A stretch of DNA of 62,732 bases, the filler included, from Nitrospirota bacterium (GTDB lineage: Bacteria > JACPQY01): the NCBI GenBank assembly GCA_016180645.1. It is 3 parts of 3 records of this genome, joined end to end, with 100 filler letters (N's around TTAATTAATTAA, not from the genome) between each part and the next. Parts side by side here need not be neighbours in the genome. Positions count along the whole stretch, not along the records: positions 31,644 to 46,202 come from JACPAV010000019.1; 2 more parts are not named here. One strand, 5' to 3'. The translations under genes and the position numbers were made by a program. Within the stretch, counting starts at the first letter, position 1, and every line of letters starts with the position of its first letter. The notes under the pieces are model-generated. The model had not been told where the DNA came from, did not search any database, and saw nothing but the letters and a program-made list of their open reading frames with translations. This document shows, piece after piece, positions 36,149 through 46,302 of this stretch.

Positions 36149-36790
36149 TCATGCCGAGGGAACCAGTCCCTCCCACGCCCGGTCGAAAAAGGTGGGTGGG
36201 GGCGTCAGCACGTACACAATCTCGCTCCTCGATGGGGCCACGTTCCGAAAGCCGTGGTCCAGAGTGGCTTTGTAATGCAGTGCATCGCCCTTCTGGAGCA
36301 CGAATTTCCGGCTGCCCACCGTGAGCTCGACTTTGCCCTTGAGGCAGACAACGAGTTCCTCGCCGTTGTGGGAAAGGTGTTTCTTGCCGCTCCGGCCGTC
36401 CCGCTCGAGGGTCATCACCGCCGAGAAAATCCGGCCGTCCGGTATCCCGCCCGCCACCATTCGCCCGCTGAAACCCGTCTCGGAAACGAACGGTCGGACG
36501 TTGTGGTTCCCCGCGAATTCCACCTCTCCATCGGCTCCATCCACAGAAAACAACGTGGCCACGTTACATCCCAGCGCGCGCGCGACGCGGTGAAGCGTGA
36601 CGATCGTGGGAACCATCTTATTGTTTTCGATCTTGTAGAGCGTGGAAACGGCGATCCCGGATTTGCGCGACAGATCGCTGATGGATACACGGAGACGCTC
36701 ACGCATCTCGCGGAGTTTGAGACTGGTGCGGCGGGCGAATTCCGAGTCGCCACTATTCTCGCGCGTGATGCGCTGTCTTCGTACGGCCAT
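36149..36790 (-). CDS. XRE-family HTH plus cupin regulator
   Basis: SISDLSRKSGIAVSTLYKIEN; HNGEE..GD..H; start MAVRR. Confidence 0.88.
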   Translation of the reverse strand: MAVRRQRITRENSGDSEFARRTSLKLREMRERLRVSISDLSRKSGIAVSTLYKIENNKMVPTIVTLHRVARALGCNVATLFSVDGADGEVEFAGNHNVRPFVSETGFSGRMVAGGIPDGRIFSAVMTLERDGRSGKKHLSHNGEELVVCLKGKVELTVGSRKFVLQKGDALHYKATLDHGFRNVAPSRSEIVYVLTPPPTFFDRAWEGLVPSA

Positions 36791-36816
36791 CGAAGGCCGA
36801 TTGTACACTATGCCCG

Positions 36817-38607
36817 TCAGGCGTTGTAGAGACCTTCGATCATCTCGCGGTACTTTTCCTCCACGACCTTTCGCTTGACCTTCAGCGTGGGGGTGATTTC
36901 GCCGCCCTCGATCGTGAAATCGTTTTCCAGGACGGTGAATTTCTTGACCTGCTCGTAGCGGGCCAGTTCCTGGTTCGCTTTCTCGATGGCGTCGGCAACG
37001 AGTTTCTGCACGGCGGGGTGCCTGGCGATGGTCCCATCCGTTCCCTCCCCCAGATTCTTGTCCTTCGCGTAGGCCCGCAGTTCTTCCGGATTGAGCGTTA
37101 CCAGGCCGATGAGGAAGGGCCGGCGGTCGCCGATGGCCACCACCTGGCTGATGAGGGGGCACTGATTTTTGATCAGTGTTTCGATGTTTGAAGGCGCTAT
37201 ATTCTTGCCGCCCGCCGTGACGATGAGATTTTTCTTCCGGTCGGTGATCTTCACGAAGCCGTCCGCGTCGATCACGCCGATATCTCCGGAGTGGAGCCAC
37301 CCATCCTTGTCGATGGCCTCGGCCGTGGCTTTTTCTTCCTTGAAATATCCCATGAACACATTCGGTCCGCGCATCAGGATTTCGCCATCGGGAGCGATCT
37401 TCACATCGCATCCCGGAATCGCCCTTCCCACCGTACCGAATTTGTAGTCGGTCAACGTGTTGGCCGTGCCGATGGCCGCACACTCGGTCAAGCCATAGAC
37501 TTCCGCTACGAACAAGCCGGCGGCATGGAAGAATTCGAGGATTTCCGTGGAGATCGGCGCTGCCCCGGACACGAAATACTTCACCCGCCCTCCGAAGGCC
37601 GCCCGGATCTTGGAAAAGACCAGACGGTCGGCGATGGCCGCCTTGAGCGAGAGTCCGATTGGCACCGGCTCCTTTTTCTGGATGCAACGACTCCGCTCGA
37701 GGCCAACGTTTTTCGCCCAGTTGAAAATCTTCTTCTTTCCGGGCGAGGCCTGCTCCACCTGGGCCAGAATCTTCGCGTAGGCCTTTTCAAAAATTCGCGG
37801 GACGCTTCCGAAGACGGTCGGCTGCGTCGCGTGAACAGTCTCAAGCACTTTCTCAAGAGATGGGGCATAAGCTGCTGCCATGCCGGTATTAATTCGTCCC
37901 ATAAATCCAATCAAATGCTCGGCTACGTGTGACATCGGCAGGAAGGACACGGTGATGTCCCCGATGGTGGACGGAATGAGTTTCTCGAGCGACTTGAGTT
38001 CGAAGATGCAGTTGCCATGGGAGAGCATCGCGCCTTTCGGCGGACCGGTGGTGCCGGAGGTGTAGATGAGAATGGCCAGATCTTCGGGCCTGATCTCCCG
38101 CAACCGGCCGTCCAACTCGCCGGGATGCTCCTTCTCGTAGGCGTCGCCCTTTTTGAGGATGTCCTCGAAGGCCAGGATGCCTTCTCCTACCGCTTCTCCC
38201 CATGAAATGACGGTCTTGAGATTTTTGAGACGAGGTAGGGCCTGAACCACCTTTTGGGCCTGTATCTTCGAGTCGAGCACGCACACCTTTGCTTCGGAAT
38301 GTTCGAGGATGTACTCCGACTGCTTGGCCGTGTTCGTTTGATAGATGCCGACGCCTGACGCGCCGCACGAGAAGGCCGCGAGGTCGGCGATCGTCCATTC
38401 CGGCTGGGTTTCTCCCAGGATGGCGACCCGATCGCCTTTCTTGATGCCGAGGGCCAGCAGGCCGTTGGCGAACCGGCGCACGAGCCGTCCGTACTCTTCC
38501 CAAGTTGCTTCCATCGTTTGGCCGTTCTTGACGTAGCGATAGGCCAGCTTCTGGGGGGTTTGCTTCACCCTCCACCAAAACAAATCCGGAACGGTTTTGA
38601 CTTCCAT
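36817..38607 (-). CDS. Long-chain fatty acid-CoA ligase
   Basis: YTSGTTGPPKG, YGLTE, GWLHSGDIG, TPTLKVKR. Confidence 0.95.
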   Translation of the reverse strand: MEVKTVPDLFWWRVKQTPQKLAYRYVKNGQTMEATWEEYGRLVRRFANGLLALGIKKGDRVAILGETQPEWTIADLAAFSCGASGVGIYQTNTAKQSEYILEHSEAKVCVLDSKIQAQKVVQALPRLKNLKTVISWGEAVGEGILAFEDILKKGDAYEKEHPGELDGRLREIRPEDLAILIYTSGTTGPPKGAMLSHGNCIFELKSLEKLIPSTIGDITVSFLPMSHVAEHLIGFMGRINTGMAAAYAPSLEKVLETVHATQPTVFGSVPRIFEKAYAKILAQVEQASPGKKKIFNWAKNVGLERSRCIQKKEPVPIGLSLKAAIADRLVFSKIRAAFGGRVKYFVSGAAPISTEILEFFHAAGLFVAEVYGLTECAAIGTANTLTDYKFGTVGRAIPGCDVKIAPDGEILMRGPNVFMGYFKEEKATAEAIDKDGWLHSGDIGVIDADGFVKITDRKKNLIVTAGGKNIAPSNIETLIKNQCPLISQVVAIGDRRPFLIGLVTLNPEELRAYAKDKNLGEGTDGTIARHPAVQKLVADAIEKANQELARYEQVKKFTVLENDFTIEGGEITPTLKVKRKVVEEKYREMIEGLYNA

Positions 38608-38690
38608 CGTTATTCACCTCCCTTGGTGAGATGGAGTTTTACCTCGACCGGCGTCCCGATGCAAAGGGACAAGGATGAGCGGATCTCTGG

Positions 38691-38750
38691 GTAGGCGCAC
38701 CCTTCAGGGTGCGTCTTCGGACGCGCGGGCATAAAAAAGCCCGCGGCTAC
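38691..38750. repeat. GTAG REP doublet
   Basis: GTAGGCGCACCCTTCAGGGTGCG...CGCGGGCATAAAAAAGCCCGCGGCTAC. Confidence 0.8.
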
Positions 38751-39221
38751 CTAGGCCCCACGGTCACTCGGCACCTGATCGCTGTATCGTTTCGCTTTTT
38801 CATCGCGGATGAATACGGTGCCCTGCGCGAGGGCGACGGTGCGGTCCTCGTTGGTCACCACGATGTGCACCACCGCCACTTGTTGCCGAAGCGATTCGAC
38901 GCGCGCCACGGCCACGCAGCGCCCTTTCTCCACCTTGCCCATGTAGTTGATTTTGTACTCGAGTGAACGGGCATCGCGGCCCGTGGTCAGGGGAAAGACA
39001 CAGAGCGCGAGGGCCGAGTCGACCAGGCTGGCCACGGCACCGCCGTGGACTGTGCCCGGGCCACCCCACAGATGCTCGCCCACTTCCATGCTGCACGTGA
39101 TCGTACCCGGCCCGATCTCATCCACCCGAATGCCCATGTGGTTGAAGAAGGGAGAGAGCCGGACCGCCTGGCGCAGTCTCTCTGCATGTTCGGCGTTGTA
39201 TTGGCTGCTGAAGTCCTCCAT
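38751..39221 (-). CDS. PaaI-family thioesterase
   Basis: GTVHGGAVASLVD, EYKINY. Confidence 0.9.
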   Translation of the reverse strand: MEDFSSQYNAEHAERLRQAVRLSPFFNHMGIRVDEIGPGTITCSMEVGEHLWGGPGTVHGGAVASLVDSALALCVFPLTTGRDARSLEYKINYMGKVEKGRCVAVARVESLRQQVAVVHIVVTNEDRTVALAQGTVFIRDEKAKRYSDQVPSDRGA

Positions 39222-39332
39222 CGAGCGGAAAATACCATGTATTTGGATTGGACAAAACCGAGGACTGGGTTCTCCCGCCGACTGGCGGGGGAATGACGGA
39301 GGGGCGGTTCTTTTCTTGTTGTGGGGGGAGGG

Positions 39333-41450
39333 TCAGTTGGTGGTGATTTTGTCGAGGGTGGGTTGAGGCTGATAGAGGTGGAAATCGACGCGGCGGTTCA
39401 GGGAGCGGCCGGCCGCATCCGCGTTGGAAGAGACGGGCTCAAGATCGCCCATTCCGGTGACTTTCATGCGCGATTCGGGAACGCCGCGCTTGGAAAGTCC
39501 GTTGGCCGCCGCTTTGGCTCGGGTCATGGATACACGCATGTTGCTCCTCACCGTTCCGAGCGAATCCGAGTGGCCTGTGATGTTCACGTTGAACTCAGGC
39601 TTGGCATTCAGCGCGTTGACGATGTCATCCAGGACGGCCGCCGCCCCCTCGGGGAGAGAAACTTGGTCGTATCCGAACTCCACGTGCCAGGGCGCCGGCG
39701 TGAAGGGATCGAAGTCCGCACGGCGATTCTGCATCCGCGAAACCCGGTCCGTATTCGGCGCGATCGGCCGGCGGTGGCCCATGGCCACCGGAACGAGGCG
39801 TTTCCGGTCGACGCCTTTTGAGGCCAGGTAGTCGACAATCGCCACCGCCCTTTGGAGGGAGACCCACTTGTTCAATCCCGATGATCCGGTCTCATCGGTA
39901 TGGCCCACCACCCGGAGGATGACGTCCGGGTGCTCTGCGAGTTGACGCGCCAGCTCGTCCAGCACCGAGTAGTAACTTGGATCGATGGCGGCGCGATCGA
40001 ACTTGAACGGTATTTTCTCGGTGAGAAAGATGGAATTGCCGGCGGATTCCGACGGCCTTGGTTCCAGCCGGGCGATTTCAACGGGCGGATTCTGAGCGGC
40101 TTCCTCGGCCGGTTCAGGCTCCGACTTCACGGGCTCCGGCGCAATTTCTTGAACCGCCGCCACCTCAACGGGCTTTGTTTTCGGCTTCTCCAGCGCCAGT
40201 GTGATTTGCAGTTTCTGGCCTTCGCTCACCTCCACCGTTTTCTCAGCCGGTTCGTAGCCATCATATTCGGCCTTGAGCGAGTGCTTACCGGGGGAGAGTG
40301 GACCGGCTTCGAAGTGGCCGCCAGGGATCGTGACCCGCGCATCGGGATCTCCGCTTACGAAAACGGCTGCGCCTTCGATGGCCTCTCCGGTGGCGGCATC
40401 CACCACGGCGCCCCGCACTTCCCCTCCCCGGCCATCCGCAGCGACGCGTGACCGGGCGGCGGCTTCCGGCATCCCGGTGAAATACGCGAGAGCCACGATG
40501 GCCCGCCAGGGAGGAAGAATTTCCTGATCTTCAGGCCCTGGAAAATCGCCGCTGAGAAAGCCCAGGTCCGCCGCGGCTTCCACCTGCCATCGACTCGCCA
40601 ACGGAACTCTCACTCCGGGGGTAAGCCAGATCGGATTTTCGGCAAAGCCGATCCTCTCCCTGGCCAGGCGATCCGAAGTGTCGTCGGCAAACGAGCTGCC
40701 GAGAGATTTCCCGTCGAAGTCCTGAAAGGTGAAAAGATCGACGAAGGCGGAGATGGGTTTGAATCGCGCCTCCGCGCCGACACCCATCAGCCAGCTGCTT
40801 TCAACATAGGACCCCTGGGCGAAACGGAACGGGCGCGTCAGCGTTCGGATATCACGGTCGAGGGATTTGGCCGAGCGGTCCCAATACGTGCCCAGATTCA
40901 AATGGAAATGGATGGGGCTCAAATCCACGGACCCGGCGGCGAGAACGGTGGGGCTGATGGACGATATTCCGGTTCGGCCTTGCTGCGCCGGAGCACTGGT
41001 TGTGGCGCTTGCCAGGAGGGAAAAATCAAGGCGTGATCCCCGGAGCAGCGCGCCCTTCACCGCGATCGTGGTGTCCCCGAAATAACCGTTGCTTCGCTTT
41101 GCGTCTTCCGGCGGCCGAATGACGTCGGATCTCCCTTCGACGGCGAGGCCGAATTCGAATCGTTCGAACATGGAATAGGCGGATCCGGATCGGGTATAGG
41201 AAAGGGTCCAGTCGATCGATCGGTGATCGTAGCCTTCCAGCATGAAGTTTTTGGCCGTGAAGTAGCCGGATTCGATTTTCAGGAGGCTTGCGCCCGCCGG
41301 AAGCCGTGAACCGGATGATGTACGCGCAAGTCCAGACACGCCGTTCTGGGTGGCGCCGGAGGCTTCCCCGGCAACGCCCGGGCGGCCGAGGCCCAATAGG
41401 AATAGGAATAGAACTGGAATGCCCATCAATCCACGCGCACTTGCCGTCAT
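39333..41450 (-). CDS. OmpA-family protein: putative beta-barrel, carboxypeptidase-regulatory-like domain and two OmpA domains
   Basis: VVGHTD..QNRRADF and ITGHSD..LNRRVDF; VRGAVVDAATGEAI. Confidence 0.85.
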   Translation of the reverse strand: MTASARGLMGIPVLFLFLLGLGRPGVAGEASGATQNGVSGLARTSSGSRLPAGASLLKIESGYFTAKNFMLEGYDHRSIDWTLSYTRSGSAYSMFERFEFGLAVEGRSDVIRPPEDAKRSNGYFGDTTIAVKGALLRGSRLDFSLLASATTSAPAQQGRTGISSISPTVLAAGSVDLSPIHFHLNLGTYWDRSAKSLDRDIRTLTRPFRFAQGSYVESSWLMGVGAEARFKPISAFVDLFTFQDFDGKSLGSSFADDTSDRLARERIGFAENPIWLTPGVRVPLASRWQVEAAADLGFLSGDFPGPEDQEILPPWRAIVALAYFTGMPEAAARSRVAADGRGGEVRGAVVDAATGEAIEGAAVFVSGDPDARVTIPGGHFEAGPLSPGKHSLKAEYDGYEPAEKTVEVSEGQKLQITLALEKPKTKPVEVAAVQEIAPEPVKSEPEPAEEAAQNPPVEIARLEPRPSESAGNSIFLTEKIPFKFDRAAIDPSYYSVLDELARQLAEHPDVILRVVGHTDETGSSGLNKWVSLQRAVAIVDYLASKGVDRKRLVPVAMGHRRPIAPNTDRVSRMQNRRADFDPFTPAPWHVEFGYDQVSLPEGAAAVLDDIVNALNAKPEFNVNITGHSDSLGTVRSNMRVSMTRAKAAANGLSKRGVPESRMKVTGMGDLEPVSSNADAAGRSLNRRVDFHLYQPQPTLDKITTN

Positions 41451-41532
41451 AGCGTCCCTAGGGGTGGGATAGTACCGCACTGGGGGGCCGAAGTCCACCC
41501 CCAGCCCCGAACGTCCTGACTCCCGGAACGAT

Positions 41533-42879
41533 TTACCGGCGCGCGCGGCGAAGACCGATCAGAGCGAGCGCCGCGAATGCCAGGCCGAGATCTGCCGCTG
41601 CGGACGATCCGAAAGGCACGGCCGTGCAGCCGCCGCCCCCTCCTCCACCGCCGCCCTCGCCCCCGCCTCCCCCTCCGCCGCCGCCGGGCGGAACGCAGGC
41701 CGGGTTCTTGTCGGCCCCCTTGTCGATGGTGAACGAATCGAGGACGGTCGAGCCGTCGATCGACAAGGTCTTGATGTCGATGTGCGATCCGTTCACGTCG
41801 AACTGCATTGCATGATGGGTGCAGGAGTTCATGGTCTGAAGTGATGAATTCTGGCGGACTTGCAGCTTACAGTTAAAGCCTAGATTTACCAATCCATCGA
41901 GCGGCGCGCCGCCCCCGCCCGTGAGCAGGTGGTAGACGCCGTTCTTGTACGCCCGCTGATAGGAGTGTTCGTGCCCGGAGAGCGTGGCATCGATACCGTA
42001 TTTCTCGGCGAGGGGCTCGATGTTGTTCTGGTTGTTGTCGTTCGGACCGTGCCAAGTCACGCCTTCGAAGGTTTCGTGGTTGGCGAGGAAGACGTGTTGG
42101 ATGTTCGAGTCGGCCTTCGCGGCGGTCAGCTCCGATTCGATCCATTTGTATTGGGCCGAGCCGGGAGTAGCATCTTTGTAGTCGTCATAGACGACGAAGC
42201 GCGTATTCCCGTAAGTGAAGGCGTAGTACGTATTGTAGGCTGTGTCCGGCCCCTGGGGGAGAAGCCAGAACCGTTTCCAGTTGGTACCGTTGCTGTCGTT
42301 CGCATCGTGATTCCCGATGGCGGGGAAAAGGACGTTGTGATTGAGATAGTTCTTCGTCGTATCGAACCAGTACTGCCACTGGGTGTTATCGCCGCCCACG
42401 TAAACGTAGTCGCCCGTTCCGATGATGAAGTCCGGGCCGATTTTTTCGTCGATCATTTTGATGATTTTCGCGTGCTGGGTGAAGGGGTCGTCCCACTGCG
42501 TGGCGCCGCGGGTATCGCCGTACACCGCGAATCGGAAGGGCTGGCAGGAAAGAATCGAGGTTGTGAAATAGGAACTGGAGCCGCCGGATTCAACGGAGCC
42601 GGAAATGACTTTGTAGTAGTAGAACGTGCTGGGATCGAGGCCGGTAACCGTAACGTGGTGATTCGTGGCTGAGGCGCTCTCATCGGCTTGCTTGTCCAGA
42701 AAGACGACGTTCGTGCCGTAATTGACGATGCCTTTCGTGGGGGCGTCGCTTTCCCAGTTGACGGTTACGGAGTACGGCGAAAGATTGGTGAGGTACGGAC
42801 CCTTTGTGATGGCGGCCTGGGCGGCCGTGGAACCGATGAACAGAATGGTGAGCGTAGCTGCGCCGACGAGCTTCTTCAT
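41533..42879 (-). CDS. Purple-acid-phosphatase-like metallophosphoesterase with C-terminal sorting signal
   Basis: GD, GDYV, GNHD, GHEH motifs; Fn3-like N-terminus; Gly-run-C-TM-RRARR tail. Confidence 0.9.
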   Translation of the reverse strand: MKKLVGAATLTILFIGSTAAQAAITKGPYLTNLSPYSVTVNWESDAPTKGIVNYGTNVVFLDKQADESASATNHHVTVTGLDPSTFYYYKVISGSVESGGSSSYFTTSILSCQPFRFAVYGDTRGATQWDDPFTQHAKIIKMIDEKIGPDFIIGTGDYVYVGGDNTQWQYWFDTTKNYLNHNVLFPAIGNHDANDSNGTNWKRFWLLPQGPDTAYNTYYAFTYGNTRFVVYDDYKDATPGSAQYKWIESELTAAKADSNIQHVFLANHETFEGVTWHGPNDNNQNNIEPLAEKYGIDATLSGHEHSYQRAYKNGVYHLLTGGGGAPLDGLVNLGFNCKLQVRQNSSLQTMNSCTHHAMQFDVNGSHIDIKTLSIDGSTVLDSFTIDKGADKNPACVPPGGGGGGGGGEGGGGGGGGGCTAVPFGSSAAADLGLAFAALALIGLRRARR

Positions 42880-42969
42880 GCCTTCCCCCTTCCCGATGCG
42901 GATTTCATGGCCTTATATGGGCCCAGGATTATCACCGTCCTGGCGATACGTCAAGGGGATTGGGGGAAG

Positions 42970-43035
42970 CAACGTATAATAGGTGACAGTATACTCTATT
43001 TATAAATAGAGTATACGGTCACCTATTATACGTTG
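42970..43035. repeat. 66-bp AT-rich near-perfect palindrome
   Basis: 33-bp arms, one mismatch, no spacer. Confidence 0.95.
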
Positions 43036-43102
43036 ACGGGGCTTCTGGACGAGCGAGCGATGTGGTAAGAAACCTGCACATGGATGCTGAAACGAATTCA
43101 GC

Positions 43103-46100
43103 ATGACGCCCGTACTGAAGCGGTGCCTCAGTACCGGATTGGTTTTCACTCTCGGATCAAACGCAGCGCAAGGCTTTCAGAATGTGAGATTCGAAGCCGA
43201 GTGGGGAAATCCGGGCGGCAGGAACGGGCCGTTTCGGGGGCCCGCAGCGCTCGCTTTGGACTCCGCTTCCAACCTCTATGTGGCCGATTCGAAGGGCGAT
43301 CGAATTCTTCTGGTCGGCGCCGATGGCCGGGTGATCCGATCCCTGGGGAGCCGCGGCGAGGGCGCGGGGCAATTCGATTCCCCTTCCGGCATTGGTGTGG
43401 ATCGGGAAGGCCGCATATACGTTTCGGATACCGGCAACGACCGCATACAGGTCCTCGCCCCATCAGGAACGCCGGTCTACGTTTTTGGCGCAGAAGGGAA
43501 CGGCCCGAAACAGTTCGACGAACCCCGTGGGCTCGCGCTGATTTCCGATCTTCTTTTCGTGGCCGACGCAGGGAACCACCGAATACAGGTGTTCAGCCGG
43601 GACGGAGTATTTCTCCACGCCTTCGGAAACGAGCAAACGCTCCAGAAACCCGTGGATGTGGCCGCGGGATCGGACGGGCGCGTGTTTGTCGCCGATGAGA
43701 GCGGAAATCGAATGCAAGTCTTCAACCTGGACGGGGCATTGAAAAGAACCATGTCCGCCCCAACCGATGTACCGGAGAATCTCCTGCGCCCCGTTTCCGT
43801 GGACGTGGACGCGCGCGGCTACCTTTTCGTGGCGGATTCCGGCAATTTCAAGATGAAGAAGTTCGATCCCTCGTACAAAGTCGTCGCCTCGATGGGATCC
43901 AAGGCAAAAACGGGCTCCGGCGCCTTCATTGAAATGTCCGGTTTGGCGGCAGACTCCGCGGGGCGCGTGTATGTTTCGGATGCTGAGAAGAACACGATCC
44001 AGATTTTTTCCACGGAGCGTGAGAGTCAGTTGCCCCTTCCCCGTCGAATCCTGCCTTTCAGCGCGGAAGTGGAGGAGATCGTTCCGGGCCGGGTTCTGGA
44101 TCGTGTACGCATGGAGGACGGCTCGACGGTGGTCTTGGAGGCCGATTCCCGCAAGATGGTCGTCAGCGGCGTCGACGGCACGCGGATCGAAATGGGCCCG
44201 TTCAGAGAGCCCGTTTCGCTCGGTGTGGATCGATCATCCTCTCCGTTGCGCTCCGGGGACGGCGAGAAGAAGCGGTATCCGGAAGAAACGCCGGGAAATA
44301 TCTGGGTGGTGGATGCAGGCGCCCATCAAATTCTCAAGTATGCCAAGGATGGAACTCGCTTGTTGGCCATTGGGAAGAAGGGATCGGCCGGCGGGTATCT
44401 GGATTCTCCGCGAGGGATGGCCTTTTCCACGAACGGGAATCTCTATGTGGCGGACACGGGAAATCACCGGATTCAGATCTTCACGCCCGAGGGTCTGGTC
44501 GTCGGATCCATCGGACGGAAAGGGGAAGCCCCCGGAATGCTCAGGGAGCCGGTGTCGATCGCGATGGACGACTCGAACAACGTGTACGTTGCCGAGGAGG
44601 CGAATGCGCGGGTCAGCCGATTCGACGAACAGGGGAAGCTGATCGGGATCATCGGCGGGCGCGGCACGGCAAGCGGCCGGTTTGAAAAACCCCGCGCGCT
44701 GGCGTGGTCACCGAGCGGGTCGCTGCTCGTCTACGACTACGCAAGACAGGACATTCAACTGTTCACGTCTGAGGGGGAATTCATTTCCAGTTTGGGGAGC
44801 GGCGGGGGAGGACGAGGGGAGTTCCAGTCGGTCGAGAGCCTGCGAGCCCCCTCCCCCACCCAGCTCTGGGTCATGGACGGGGAGCGCGGCGACACGCAGG
44901 TTTTCACGCTTCGATTCACGCCTCAAACCCCGGCGCGCGTGTCGGCCAAGGGAGGACTGAAAGTCATCGAGCTTTCCTGGGAGGCCGGCGGTGAGTCCTA
45001 TCTCGACGGCTTCAATCTGTACCGCAGGGAGAATCCGCGCCGGGCGTTCGAGCGGATTCATTCCACACGGGAGAGCGCGTGGGCCGACCGGGAGGTGGTC
45101 AAAGACCGGACCTACGAATACGCCGTCTCCGCCGTGGCGCGGGACGGCTTCGAGAGTCCCTTGTCGAAAAGCGCTTCCGCCATGCCCTTGAAGCTGGTGC
45201 CGCAGGCGCCGTCCGGAATCAAACTCATGCCCCGGGAGCTGGCCATGGTCGTCTCCTGGCAGCCGAATCCGGAAAAGTTCATCGATCACTACACGGTGTA
45301 TCGCGGGGAAACACCCATCGGGGACTACAAGGAGGTCGCCCGACAGTCCACCACCGTGGCGTTCGACCGGAATCTCCAGGAGGATCGCGTCTACTACTAT
45401 CGAGTGACGGCCACGGCCAAGGAGGGTGAAGAGAGCCCCGCCGGCACGGTTGTCTTCGAGCGTCCCCTGCGTTCTCCGGTGTCCAAGCCCCCCTTGCAAC
45501 TGGCGCCTATCGAGCTGCGTCCCCTTTTCGCATCGCAATACAAGCTTTATGAAAAGGAATCGTTTGGCCGCGTGACCATCCGCAACAATACCGATTTGCC
45601 GATCCCCAACGTTCGGCTCAGCTTGAGTGTGAAGGACTACACGGACTTTCCCACCCAGATCGCGATTCAGGAGATTCCACCCATGGGCTCGGAAGATCGG
45701 GACGTGAAGTTGGTCTTCAACAACAAGATCCTGGATCTCACGGAGAGCGCCACCGTGCAGTTGGCGTTCACCCTCGGCTACTTTGAGGGGCGCATGGAGC
45801 GAACGATGGCCGACGCCTATCCTGTCACGGTCTACGAGAAGCACGTCCTGACGTGGGACGATCCCTCGAAAATCGCCGCGTTCGTGACCCCCGGGGACCC
45901 GGTGGTGGCGTCGGTCGCGCGCGCGGCCATCGCCGAAATTCCGGAGAATGTTCATGGGATGACGGACAACGTCATGAAGGCCAAAACGATTTTCGAGGTG
46001 GCCGGGCTGGCGGGCGTAAGGTACGTTGCGGATCCGAATACACCCTACAAGGAGGCGTCCCAGAACAAGGCCCGCATTGATTTCGTGCAATTCCCCCGTG

Positions 46101-46202
46101 AAACGATTCAGCTCAGGGCCGGTGATTGCGACGACCTCAGCTCACTCTTCGCATCGCTTTTCGAGAACGTGGGCGTGACCACGGTCCTGCTCGATGCTCC
46201 CC
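43103..46202 (+). CDS. Secreted NHL-repeat, Fn3 and transglutaminase-like protein (3' end lost at gap)
   Basis: Many F..P.GI.VD..GN.RIQ repeats, two Fn3 domains, FPRETI..GDCDD. Confidence 0.85.
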
Positions 46203-46302
46203 NNNNNNNNNNNNNNNNNNNNNNNNNNNNNNNNNNNNNNNNNNNNTTAATTAATTAANNNNNNNNNNNNNNNNNNNNNNNNNNNNNNNNNNNNNNNNNN
46301 NN
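46203..46302. other. Artificial contig linker
   Basis: N44-TTAATTAATTAA-N44. Confidence 0.98.

Noticed and set aside
36791-37687. 512-aa version of the XRE/cupin regulator
   Set aside because: Extension overlaps the acyl-CoA ligase out of frame; real start taken at 36790.
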